Notes under the pieces: model-generated | What the model was told of the DNA's origin: nothing | Databases searched by the model: none | The model's input: only the letters and a program-made list of their open reading frames with translations | Translations under genes and position numbers: made by a program | In this document: positions 1 through 9,178 of the stretch, one piece after another | Position numbering within the stretch: position 1 is the stretch's first letter | Layout of the letters: each line of letters opens with the position of its first letter | Assembly: GCF_044324875.1 (NCBI RefSeq) | Contig: NZ_CP172185.1 | Reading direction: 5' to 3' (one strand) | Length of the DNA: 64,000 nt | DNA from: Escherichia coli | GTDB taxonomy: Bacteria; Pseudomonadota; Gammaproteobacteria; Enterobacterales; Enterobacteriaceae

Positions 1-117
1 CAAAATGAAGGCCGGTGACCAGATACCACAGTTGAACGATAAACAGAAACCTGCTGATAAAACACCGTGGCGACATGACAAAACGCCAGAGCAAAAACCG
101 TAAGCGCATTATTCGTC

Positions 118-420
118 TTGTGGAACTCTGGCCTGAGTCATTCAACCGGGAAAAAAACAAAACCACTTAAAGTGGGGATACCTGACGACCTGATACAGGA
201 TATCGCCATCCGAGAACTGGCGTTTGGCGCTGGTACATTACATGCAGCAGTGGCGTCTTATGTGCAGTCTCCGCGCTATTACCGTGCGTTAATAGCAGGT
301 GGCGCCCGTTACAACCTGAACGGTCAGCCGTGCGGGGAAGTGACACCACAGGAACAGAAAGAGGCAGAGACCCGTTTAATGATGCTGAATGACCGACGAA
401 AAGACAGAAAACCTCGTTGA
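118..420 (+). CDS. hypothetical protein (island-borne)
   Basis: 100-aa ORF from the six-frame track; begins with TTG, no ATG near the 5' end; no family recognised; opposite strand to neighbouring island genes. Confidence 0.25.
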   Translation: MWNSGLSHSTGKKTKPLKVGIPDDLIQDIAIRELAFGAGTLHAAVASYVQSPRYYRALIAGGARYNLNGQPCGEVTPQEQKEAETRLMMLNDRRKDRKPR

Positions 421-437
421 CTGCACAACAGCGCTGT

Positions 438-1190
438 TCACTGAGCTGTAATCAATGTACAGCGCTGTACCGGGCGATGGGTAATACCGGTCACAACCGG
501 TAACCCCAGAGACAATGCAACTGTTTTTAACGCAATATACTGGCCGGATGTATCACCCCGGGCAGCCTGAAAACACCTTTCCACCCGGCATTGTCCGTCA
601 GCACTTATCACCCGCCATGTCTGTTGCAATAAATCCACCCGTTGCGAACATTCTTCATCAACCGTGGCACTGACCCGTGGATGGCAAATGCTCGTCTGGC
701 TGAGCAGCAACAGGCATCGCATTGTTGCTCCTCCATGTTGTTCCCGCAACCAGCGTAATACCACCGGTGGTGCTGGACTGGCCGTGTGATTACGTTCAGT
801 AATACGCTCGTGCACCTGTCGGTAAAAGGAAGTACAGAATGCATGAATCTGTTGTCCGTTGATGTTTCCTTCTGCCGAATGGAGTGTGAAGTGGACGGCC
901 AGCAGACGCGGCCAGTGATCCACCGCCTGCTGAATAAAACGCCGGATTTCCACCGGCTCTGAAAGTACGGTTTCGGTTATTTGCACGATTTGATCCCCTT
1001 GAATGTTGCTGAACCGGTGTCGGTACGCAGGAAAGCACGCCGAGACCGGTACGATGCCTGTTACAGCGAAGAACGAGGAATGACAGACGGGGGCAGCAGG
1101 TCGCCAGCACCAGGGACAGGGCTGATTTCCACAATACCAACGCTGGTATTTTGCACATTGCCAGCGTACCGGCATTACAACACGTTTCAT
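438..1190 (-). CDS. putative YfjJ/YagK-like (inovirus Gp2-type) island protein
   Basis: ORF 438..1232 trimmed to the ATG at 1190, which overlaps the alpA stop in an ATGA arrangement (possible translational coupling). Weak resemblance to the two paralogs at 1492-3152 (HFTLH..., ...CLLLLS). Family assignment is tentative. Confidence 0.4.
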   Translation of the reverse strand: MKRVVMPVRWQCAKYQRWYCGNQPCPWCWRPAAPVCHSSFFAVTGIVPVSACFPAYRHRFSNIQGDQIVQITETVLSEPVEIRRFIQQAVDHWPRLLAVHFTLHSAEGNINGQQIHAFCTSFYRQVHERITERNHTASPAPPVVLRWLREQHGGATMRCLLLLSQTSICHPRVSATVDEECSQRVDLLQQTWRVISADGQCRVERCFQAARGDTSGQYIALKTVALSLGLPVVTGITHRPVQRCTLITAQ

Positions 1191-1423
1191 GCGGCGACTC
1201 CCCGTGATGCTTCGATGCGCTGCTGCATCCACTGCTCCACTTCGCTTCTGTACCAGCGGCTGCTGCGGCCCAGTTTGATGGGTTTAGGGAAATGGCCTTC
1301 ACTGATCAGCTTGTAAAACCATTTGTCGGTCATACCAGTGAAGCTGGTGATGTAGTTCATGTCGATCAGGGGATCGTCGGCACGCAGCAATACGCTGTCG
1401 TGACCTGTCATTGAGGTCAACAT
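1187..1423 (-). CDS. alpA: AlpA-family prophage transcriptional regulator
   Basis: 78-aa protein with the C-terminal region FTGMTDKWFYKLISEGHFPKPIKLGRSSRWYRSEVEQWM, typical of AlpA/CP4-57 regulatory proteins; start may be an internal Met. Confidence 0.7.
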   Translation of the reverse strand: MLTSMTGHDSVLLRADDPLIDMNYITSFTGMTDKWFYKLISEGHFPKPIKLGRSSRWYRSEVEQWMQQRIEASRGVAA

Positions 1424-1491
1424 GGTCAGAATGTCCTCTGTGAGATTTATGAATGTTGGGCAAATGCGGGTGAATCTGCTGAGCTGAGCTT

Positions 1492-2064
1492 TCAGAGCTG
1501 GCCTGCTACGGGATACCAGGGATTACCGGCGAGGTAACGGGCTTCCGGATCGCGCACACCACGACGATCGCGGGCGAAATCACTGAACGCCCATATCAGC
1601 TCTTTGAGTCTCTCTTCGCAGTCCGGTGAACGGGGATCCAGCAGCACATCCCGGGTAATCTGCTTCTGGTACGGTGCCGCTTCACCCGGTGACGCGAAGC
1701 CCAGTACGTTGCTCCAGGCATCCAGAATCAGCCGATCCAGTTCAGGGCCGTCGAAATATTCCTCCCTGACGCACAGCACCACGTGGTATTCCGGTTTTTC
1801 AGGATGACGAGTCAGGAGCCAGCAGAGATCACGTCCGGGGGTTGCATTCATCAGCGCACTGACGGTTTCGATAAAGGCCATACCGAACCAGGTTTTTCTG
1901 TCGCTGAAGATGTTGCCATGTTCCCCCGGCAGACGAAGCAGGATCCGCCGTATTCGGGAGCAGGGCTGCTCACGCAGCGCACGCTCAAGGACACCGATAA
2001 CTTTGCTCTGATAAGATGGCCAGAAGGGCGCCATGCTATAGTCGAAATAAGGGATAGCATTCAT
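1492..2064 (-). CDS. YfjJ/YagK-family paralog, probably N-terminally degenerate
   Basis: ORF 1492..2094 (TTG start); first ATG at 2064 gives MNAIPYF..., alignable to MNQPIH... of the paralog at 2421..3152. The conserved leader element lies about 160 bp further upstream (2231-2261) with no in-frame ATG in between. Confidence 0.4.
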   Translation of the reverse strand: MNAIPYFDYSMAPFWPSYQSKVIGVLERALREQPCSRIRRILLRLPGEHGNIFSDRKTWFGMAFIETVSALMNATPGRDLCWLLTRHPEKPEYHVVLCVREEYFDGPELDRLILDAWSNVLGFASPGEAAPYQKQITRDVLLDPRSPDCEERLKELIWAFSDFARDRRGVRDPEARYLAGNPWYPVAGQL

Positions 2065-2230
2065 AAGATATGTTCCGTTATACGCAGCCCACAACGCGTC
2101 CTGCCCGTGGATGCGCTGACGTGTTATGGCTTGCGTATGGGGTTGATGGAATAAGTGAAAAACCGCGGCAGAACGGGAAGATCAGGTAACCGACAAGGGA
2201 CAGAACACCGGATGCAGGTTCAGAATGAAT

Positions 2231-2261
2231 GATCTCCGTTGACTTCGGTTCACATCATTAA
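2231..2261. repeat. conserved leader element, copy A (GATCTCCGTTGACTTCGGTTCACATCATTAA)
   Basis: Direct repeat of the element at 3160-3195; the shared core GATCTCCGTTGA...TTCACATCATTAA is visible in the sequence. Confidence 0.6.
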
Positions 2262-2420
2262 GCAGGACAGTAAGGTTTTACCGACGGAGTGTTTCCAGGA
2301 GCGAAAGCAGAGAAAAATACCGTTGCATGACTTCAGGACGACTTTTTCAGAAAACGAGCTAAGGGCGTCAGCCAACGTCCTGTAGCATAAGCTCAGGCAC
2401 CGGATGTCGTTTTACAGGGC

Positions 2421-3152
2421 TCACCTGCCATCCAGTAGACGCCCCGGCCCACGACTGCAACCATAATTACGTTGCCCGGAACCGTTATGCAACTTCGTTT
2501 CATATTTCACGAGATAACTGGCTCTGTTCCGGGCTTTCTGCATCGCTTCCACATCACCACGCTTGACCCAGAGCACAGCGGATTCACCCGGCTTTTTGTC
2601 TGAAGCCTTCCTGGTATCAGAACATCCACCCGACAAAGGCGTATCATCGGAAGAAGGGCGAGCATCAGATGATGTCGGTTTACGGAAAGGCGTCCGCCTG
2701 GAAAAATGAACCAGTCCATTACCCTGCCAGGGCTCAAGATGCAGAGCACTACACCATGCCAGCTTGATCAGTGTCGCCAGCGAAGAAGGAACGGTGAAAT
2801 CCCCTGGCGAGCACCAGGTATCTTTGTTGAGCAGCAATATCACGTGATAATGTTTCCTGCCTTTTTCCTTGCCAAACTCCCGGCACCAGAAATAACGCAG
2901 AGTGGTTGCACGCACACGCTTGTTGGCACGTCGTTTTTTCCGCTGGTAAGCCTGAATTTTGGCTTTCAGGGATGCAAAAAAACGAGAAATCACCGCTGAA
3001 TCCGGATCGGGATCCATGATGGTGACAGGCATATACTCAGGGAAACGTAAATCCACCCGGATTAACGAGACGGCACGGTGCTGCGCCAGGGCACTGTCGA
3101 GAAGGCTGTCAAAACGGGATAACCAGTAAGCATTATGTATTGGTTGATTCAT
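2421..3152 (-). CDS. YfjJ/YagK-family (inovirus Gp2-like) protein
   Basis: 243-aa protein with LIRVDLRFP and HYHVILLLN motifs as remembered for the YagK/YfjJ family of CP4-type islands; GGAG ribosome-binding site about 10 nt upstream of the ATG on the minus strand. Confidence 0.55.
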   Translation of the reverse strand: MNQPIHNAYWLSRFDSLLDSALAQHRAVSLIRVDLRFPEYMPVTIMDPDPDSAVISRFFASLKAKIQAYQRKKRRANKRVRATTLRYFWCREFGKEKGRKHYHVILLLNKDTWCSPGDFTVPSSLATLIKLAWCSALHLEPWQGNGLVHFSRRTPFRKPTSSDARPSSDDTPLSGGCSDTRKASDKKPGESAVLWVKRGDVEAMQKARNRASYLVKYETKLHNGSGQRNYGCSRGPGRLLDGR

Positions 3153-3159
3153 GATGAGA

Positions 3160-3195
3160 GATCTCCGTTGATTTGGATTGACTTCACATCATTAA
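3160..3195. repeat. conserved leader element, copy B (GATCTCCGTTGATTTGGATTGACTTCACATCATTAA)
   Basis: Immediately 5' of the 2421..3152 start codon on the minus strand (contains its GGAG ribosome-binding site); on the plus strand it contains TTGATT-17 bp-ATTAAT, a promoter-like arrangement. Confidence 0.6.
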
Positions 3196-4282
3196 TCACC
3201 GCAGTAAAACTTTACGGCGTCCTGTCATTAAGCAACACCAGTGGCTCCTGATTAGAACAGAATGAGTTTCCCACGAACAAAAAGACAAACCTACACGCAG
3301 GGTAAAAACACGCAACAACAGCATGAATGGATTTGAAAACAATATGGATGACGAAAAATGTCAAAAGTGAAACGGATCAACAGAACGTGCAAACAAAACG
3401 TCAGAAACGCAATCAGAGCACTTTCTGGCGCTGTGAATCAACAACAACACCAAAACCTACAGCTTAACCACATTACTCAATCACGAATGCGAATGACACG
3501 TTTAAAACCTGTTTACAGATAACGCCGTAACACGATCATCCCCATCACCATCAGAATCGATTTTCTCATCCCGAAAATGTTACGTTTCACTACGCACCAT
3601 AAAAACGATTAACCATCGATAACGTAAATCTCATCTGAATCAAAAAACCAAAACCAATCATCACACTTTCGCAATGCAAGAAGAAAAACCACATCATGAC
3701 GAAAACAATGACCTTACATGAAAAAGCAAAACGTCAGGAATCGTTAATGCCTCAATCTGATTGTTATCAAAACATCCAGAAAGTCGTTTAACAGAATCGT
3801 CGTAAGCACATCGAAAAGAACGTCAGATCACCTCAGGAAAGTTCGGGTTGATTTAGCGTAAAGATACTTTTCTCAGCTTAACGTCGAAACACAAACCAAA
3901 AACCACAAACAACCAAAGCTCAGGAAAGGTTAAACGTCACATCAGTAAAATCGAATAGCAGATTGATTGCTTAAACAGAAAGGTTTTACAGCAGCTTTAA
4001 ACTGATTTTAGCTAACGTAAAGATTTACTAAACTGGATGAGTTTCAGACAAAGCAATGTGTACAGCAATGCTTAATGAAAACACTTATAGGGCTGTTTAT
4101 GAAAACACGTGTATGTCTGGTAAAACACTTAGTAGAAAATACGTGTATAACACTTACTGAAATGCTTAGTAAAAATACTTAGTAAAATATGTAGACTGGC
4201 CCCCTGAATCTCCAGACAACCAGTATCACTTAAATAAGTGATAGTCTTAATACTAGTTTTTAGACTAGTCATTGGAGAACAG

Positions 4283-4648
4283 ATGATTGATGTCTTAGGG
4301 CCGGAGAAACGCAGACGGCGTACCACACAGGAAAAGATCGCAATTGTTCAGCAGAGCTTTGAACCGGGGATGACGGTCTCCCTCGTTGCCCGGCAACATG
4401 GTGTAGCAGCCAGCCAGTTATTTCTCTGGCGTAAGCAATACCAGGAAGGAAGTCTTACTGCTGTCGCCGCCGGAGAACAGGTTGTTCCTGCCTCTGAACT
4501 TGCTGCCGCCATGAAGCAGATTAAAGAACTCCAGCGCCTGCTCGGCAAGAAAACGATGGAAAATGAACTCCTCAAAGAAGCCGTTGAATATGGACGGGCA
4601 AAAAAGTGGATAGCGCACGCGCCCTTATTGCCCGGGGATGGGGAGTAA
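4283..4648 (+). CDS. insC: IS2 transposase OrfA (InsC)
   Basis: [56 protein letters not shown]... matches remembered IS2 InsC (121 aa). Confidence 0.95.
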
Positions 4649-5511
4649 GCTTAGTCAGCCGTTGTCTCCGGGTGTCGCGTGCGCAGTTGCACGTCATTCT
4701 CAGACGAACCGATGACTGGATGGATGGCCGCCGCAGTCGTCACACTGATGATACGGATGTGCTTCTCCGTATACACCATGTTATCGGAGAGCTGCCAACG
4801 TATGGTTATCGTCGGGTATGGGCGCTGCTTCGCAGACAGGCAGAACTTGATGGTATGCCTGCGATCAATGCCAAACGTGTTTACCGGATCATGCGCCAGA
4901 ATGCGCTGTTGCTTGAGCGAAAACCTGCTGTACCGCCATCGAAACGGGCACATACAGGCAGAGTGGCTGTGAAAGAAAGTAATCAGCGATGGTGCTCTGA
5001 CGGGTTCGAGTTCCGCTGTGATAACGGAGAAAAACTGCGAGTCACGTTCGCGCTGGACTGCTGTGACCGTGAGGCACTGCACTGGGCGGTCACTACGGGC
5101 GGCTTCAACAGTGAAACAGTACAGGACGTCATGCTGGGAGCGGTGGAACGCCGCTTCGGCAACGAGCTTCCGGCGTCTCCAGTAGAGTGGCTGACGGATA
5201 ATGGTTCATGCTACCGGGCTAATGAAACACGGCAGTTTGCCCGGATGTTGGGGCTTGAACCGAAGAGCACGGCGGTGCGGAGTCCGGAGAGTAACGGCAT
5301 AGCAGAGAGCTTCGTGAAAACGATAAAGCGTGACTACATCAGTGTCATGCCCAAACCAGACGGGTTAACGGCAGCAAAGAACCTTGCAGAGGCGTTCGAG
5401 CATTATAACGAATGGCATCCGCATAGTGCACTGGGTTATCGCTCGCCACGGGAATATCTACGGCAGCAAGCCAGTAATGGGTTAAGTGATAACAGGTGTC
5501 TGGAAATATAG
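4606..5511 (+). CDS. insD: IS2 transposase OrfB (InsD)
   Basis: 301-aa protein [34 protein letters not shown]... matches remembered IS2 InsD; overlaps insC as in IS2. Confidence 0.95.
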
Positions 5512-6227
5512 GGGCAAATCCAATATGTGTAGAATTATCTATTTAAAAAGATATGTATATAACACTTAATAAAAACATGTGTATATAGTATCATACCGAC
5601 ATTCTCAACATCTTCAGACTTCCATACATACTGGGTGTTGATTTCTCACTTTTACAGCCAGCATGGAGTTTTCTGTCCTAAAAACAGAGCAGATTTACTC
5701 TGGAATTATTTTTCTGCCCCCGTATTTCAGGCCCCAGAAAAGACAATCCGAAGCAAACCGTTTGTCAGCCTCCATATCATCTTTTACCCCCGGAAAGTGA
5801 TCGCGTTTTACAACCAGAATGACAGCCATACTGATTATGTCGTCTCCCGGCCCCCTTCACATATAACATGCATGTCTGTCATTGCTTACTGCTCCACATG
5901 ACCGGATTTCACATACAGGATGCACATTCAGTGTTTTTATCGCCACTATAACAGACAGATTACTGTCGTCTTTACTCTTCAGATTGTTAATCTGACCACA
6001 AGAACAGCCGAACGGCAAAACGCCCTCCACAAGGGGCACATGAACCATAGTTGATAGCATGTTTTTCCTAATCAAGGAATAGTTCAGGAATATTTTATTG
6101 CATTAATAACTGGCGAATAATCGTTCTGTGAACACAAAATGCTTTTATTTGTAAATTTTATTGCATTGCACTCGTTTTATTGATATGGGGTTTAATAACA
6201 GATAACCCGGAAAGAAGGAGAAAACAG

Positions 6228-7019
6228 ATGACATTACGGATTAACGATCAGGGGCGAGATAAACAGAATCAATTTTTATCGAAAAATGGAGAAAATCTGA
6301 ATTCGTTAAAATCGCGTCATGTGCAGGATAGGCATTTACCTGAATGGCTTAAGGATAAAGTTGCAGCATTCTGGTTTTGTCTGGTGATAAAGGATATGAA
6401 AGTGTCAGGGAGCAGTTACTATGAACTTACCATGCAACTTCCCACTTCTGAAGAATCTGTTTGCATCAGTAAGCTGTCATCCTCAACCCATGAGATTCGG
6501 CTGGAGATCATCAGGCGATGGATTGATAGTGTAGCACAGATAGAAACGGAAGCTTTTACTAAAAATCTCGTTGATGCCATCTATAAAAACTGGAAGGAAA
6601 TCGGGAACAAAAACCAGGCTACATGGCTTAAAAAAAATCCGGAACAACTCGAGTGGGCATGGAAATATATTAACATTCGTATTCCCGAGTCACATTTAAC
6701 CTGGTTTTGCCCCGTCAATAACGAAGAGAAACGCATTGCCATCTTAGCATTGCTTAAAATACTGTATCCCGGAGATATACCATGCCAGTACAACGACAAA
6801 GAGTTTCATGTCGGGATCTGCGCTGAAGAACATTTTTACAGAAGAATGCACGACGCTTTCAGAAAACAGTTTATCGACGGGAAAAAAGATAAACGGGTAC
6901 AAATTAACGTAAAGATATCACCGTCCGCAAAAAGCGCTCTGGACAGACTGACCAGAGCGAGGAAAACAACACAGCAGGCTATTCTGGAACAACTGATTCT
7001 GAACGGTAGACTGGATTAA
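6228..7019 (+). CDS. hypothetical protein with a possible C-terminal ribbon-helix-helix-like DNA-binding tail
   Basis: ORF 6180..7019 trimmed to the ATG at 6228, preceded by AAGGAG; AT-rich; C-terminus VQINVKISPSAKSALDRLTRARKTTQQAILEQLI resembles strand-helix RHH motifs (inference). No family recognised. Confidence 0.45.
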   Translation: MTLRINDQGRDKQNQFLSKNGENLNSLKSRHVQDRHLPEWLKDKVAAFWFCLVIKDMKVSGSSYYELTMQLPTSEESVCISKLSSSTHEIRLEIIRRWIDSVAQIETEAFTKNLVDAIYKNWKEIGNKNQATWLKKNPEQLEWAWKYINIRIPESHLTWFCPVNNEEKRIAILALLKILYPGDIPCQYNDKEFHVGICAEEHFYRRMHDAFRKQFIDGKKDKRVQINVKISPSAKSALDRLTRARKTTQQAILEQLILNGRLD

Positions 7020-8002
7020 CTTTCACTACTTCCACTCCTGGCAGTTTTCCTCTTTTTGTAGTGTCTCCCGGCTGCAGGCATCAGGTACTTTTCCGTCATT
7101 TCGTTGCAGAACTCTTCAATGTAGTTAATCAGCTTCTGGTGTGCTTTCACCTTTTCTTCCCCGGGGGACGCTTTCAGATAAATGTCCTCCTTTTCCACAA
7201 GTGTATTTATAAACTCTCCCGGACATCCCTGGTTATAAAGCAACGTGAAAAACAACACATTCCCCAGTCTCTCCAGTAACTGCGATTTAACCCTGTATTG
7301 TTGTTTGCTGAGGATTGATTGTTTTATAAAGCTTAGTCTTGTTAAAAGTTGTTCAAATCCCGGTTCCAGTTTAAAAACAGATTTTAATACCAGGGACTGA
7401 TACTCCTGATAAAAAAGTTCAAACGTCGGGGATGCAGACTGACGAACAGATTTGGCTACAACCCATGGACTAAATCCCATGATTGGGATTTCCTTCGCTC
7501 CCTCCAGCGCACTCAGAGGTAGTCCAGCAATCCATGCGTCCAGCTTAGCCGAATCAATATCCCCGCTCAAAACCTCATACAAACTGCCCGTGAACGGTTG
7601 AGTCGGTTTTTTTGTTGTTTTACCTTCTGATTGCCTGAATCCATCCACTTTTCTCCGGATATTACGCGGAATCAGCATAAAAGGCGGGACATTAAGTGAT
7701 AAACGTTTACCCGTCATACGATACCAGTGGCCCACCTCAACCTTAATCCGTGTATCTGGCCTTGTATCTGGCCTTGTATCTGGCCTTAGCTCAAGTGCTA
7801 TTATGTTAAGCAGGTACAGATAACGCACCGTATAACAGTCAAAATGTTTCTCCGGATCAAACGGCTCTGATCGTTCTCTGCACACAAGTCCGCTGCGCTT
7901 CAGTATTCGCTGGGTATCTTTCCAGGCCTTACTCTGAAGAATGGTGGTAACTCTGGCTTTATTAGCAATCTCACGCAGCGCATCACTTTGTTGTGCCGTC
8001 AT
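7016..8002 (-). CDS. hypothetical protein containing a tandem (RPDT)x3 repeat
   Basis: ORF 7016..8017 trimmed to the ATG at 8002, preceded by GGAGG; AT-rich; 12-bp unit repeated three times at 7752-7787; convergent with and overlapping the 3' end of 6228..7019 by 4 bp. Confidence 0.45.
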   Translation of the reverse strand: MTAQQSDALREIANKARVTTILQSKAWKDTQRILKRSGLVCRERSEPFDPEKHFDCYTVRYLYLLNIIALELRPDTRPDTRPDTRIKVEVGHWYRMTGKRLSLNVPPFMLIPRNIRRKVDGFRQSEGKTTKKPTQPFTGSLYEVLSGDIDSAKLDAWIAGLPLSALEGAKEIPIMGFSPWVVAKSVRQSASPTFELFYQEYQSLVLKSVFKLEPGFEQLLTRLSFIKQSILSKQQYRVKSQLLERLGNVLFFTLLYNQGCPGEFINTLVEKEDIYLKASPGEEKVKAHQKLINYIEEFCNEMTEKYLMPAAGRHYKKRKTARSGSSES

Positions 8003-8108
8003 CTCTTCCCTCCACACTTTGTCACTCCAGATTTTTTCACGTCCATATTACCTGAATGATAAACCGGATTAGTGTGATCCGGTTCAGCGAAATCAACAGG
8101 ATACCGGT

Positions 8109-8993
8109 ATGTCATTCAGCCATTCTTCCCTCTCTGCACAAGTGAAATCATATCTGACGTTTCTTCCTGAAGAAATTCGCCAGAAAATCCTTGAACATCT
8201 CCACGGTGTTATTCATTACGAGCCCGTGATTGGCATTATGGGTAAATCCGGCACAGGCAAAAGCAGCCTGTGTAATGCCATTTTTCAGTCCCATATCTGC
8301 GCCACGCATCCCCTGAACGGCTGCACCCGCCAGGCTCATCACCTCACCCTGCAGATCGGTGAACGCAGAATGACGCTGGTCGATCTGCCCGGCATTGGTG
8401 AGACACCGCAGCATGATCAGGAATACCGGGCACTTTATCATCAGTTGCTACCGGAACTGGATCTGATTATCTGGATCCTGCGGGCTGATGAACGTGCGTA
8501 TGCTGCCGATATTGCCATGCATCAGTTTTTACTGAATGAAGATGCCGATCCCTCGCGTTTTCTGTTTGTTCTCAGCCATGCCGATCGCGTGTTTCCTGCT
8601 GAAGAATGGAACGACACAGAAAAATGCCCGTCCCGTCAGCAGGAACTCTCACTGGCGACAGTAACAGCCCGGGTGGCCACCCTGTTCCCGTCATCATTTC
8701 CGGTACTCTCCGTTGCAGCGCCTGTCGGCTGGAATCTTCAGGCACTGGTGTCACTGATGATCCACGCACTGCCACCACAGGCAACCAGCGCGGTTTATTC
8801 GCATATCCGGAATGAAAAGCGCACTGCGCAGGATCAGCAACACGCACAGCAGGCTTTTGGTGACGCCATCGGCCAGAGTTTTGACGCTGCCATTGCCCGG
8901 TTCAGCTTTCCGGCCTGGATGCTGCAGCTTCTGCGCAAAGCCCGTGATCGCATTATCCGCCTGCTGATCACACTGTGGGATCGCCTGTTCTGA
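8109..8993 (+). CDS. YeeP/YkfA/YfjP-family GTPase (50S ribosome-binding GTPase domain)
   Basis: P-loop GIMGKSGTGKSSLCNA and DLPG motif; layout as remembered for YkfA/YfjP/YeeP of CP4 islands. Full length here (294 aa). Confidence 0.7.
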   Translation: MSFSHSSLSAQVKSYLTFLPEEIRQKILEHLHGVIHYEPVIGIMGKSGTGKSSLCNAIFQSHICATHPLNGCTRQAHHLTLQIGERRMTLVDLPGIGETPQHDQEYRALYHQLLPELDLIIWILRADERAYAADIAMHQFLLNEDADPSRFLFVLSHADRVFPAEEWNDTEKCPSRQQELSLATVTARVATLFPSSFPVLSVAAPVGWNLQALVSLMIHALPPQATSAVYSHIRNEKRTAQDQQHAQQAFGDAIGQSFDAAIARFSFPAWMLQLLRKARDRIIRLLITLWDRLF

Positions 8994-9102
8994 ATGTCCC
9001 CGCTTTTTGACCGGCCCCGGCGATAACCAGGAAACGCATTTCCGGTTGCGTCACCACAATGCTGAAGGGCTTCGGTAAACCCTCATTCATTTCATCCATC
9101 AG

Positions 9103-9133
9103 GCCGCGTCTTCTCCGTGAGACGCGGCTTTTT
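9103..9133 (+). terminator. putative intrinsic terminator downstream of the GTPase gene
   Basis: GCCGCGTC-loop-GACGCGGC stem followed by TTTTT. Confidence 0.55.
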
Positions 9134-9178
9134 CATTGATTACGTCATTCAGTCTTAACCACTGATAAGGAGCAAAGT

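Larger units (their letters stand above)
4192..5522 (+). mobile_element. IS2 insertion sequence, complete (1331 bp) with 5-bp target-site duplication ATATG
   Basis: Left end TAGACTGGCCCCCTGAATCTCC and right end ...ATATAGGGGCAAATCCA match remembered IS2 termini; InsC and InsD proteins both present; ATATG at 4187-4191 and again at 5523-5527. Confidence 0.95.

Noticed and set aside
1-103. Open frame ending at about 103 that could be the C-terminus of a gene starting upstream of the window
   Set aside because: Only about 33 codons are visible and no family was recognised, so it cannot be supported as a feature.
796-1302. 168-aa minus-strand ORF overlapping alpA and its neighbour
   Set aside because: Alternative frame over recognised genes; low-complexity translation.
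5635-6075. Small ORFs (88 aa plus strand, 72 aa minus strand) in the AT-rich region after IS2
   Set aside because: No ribosome-binding site or homology support; the region looks non-coding and regulatory.
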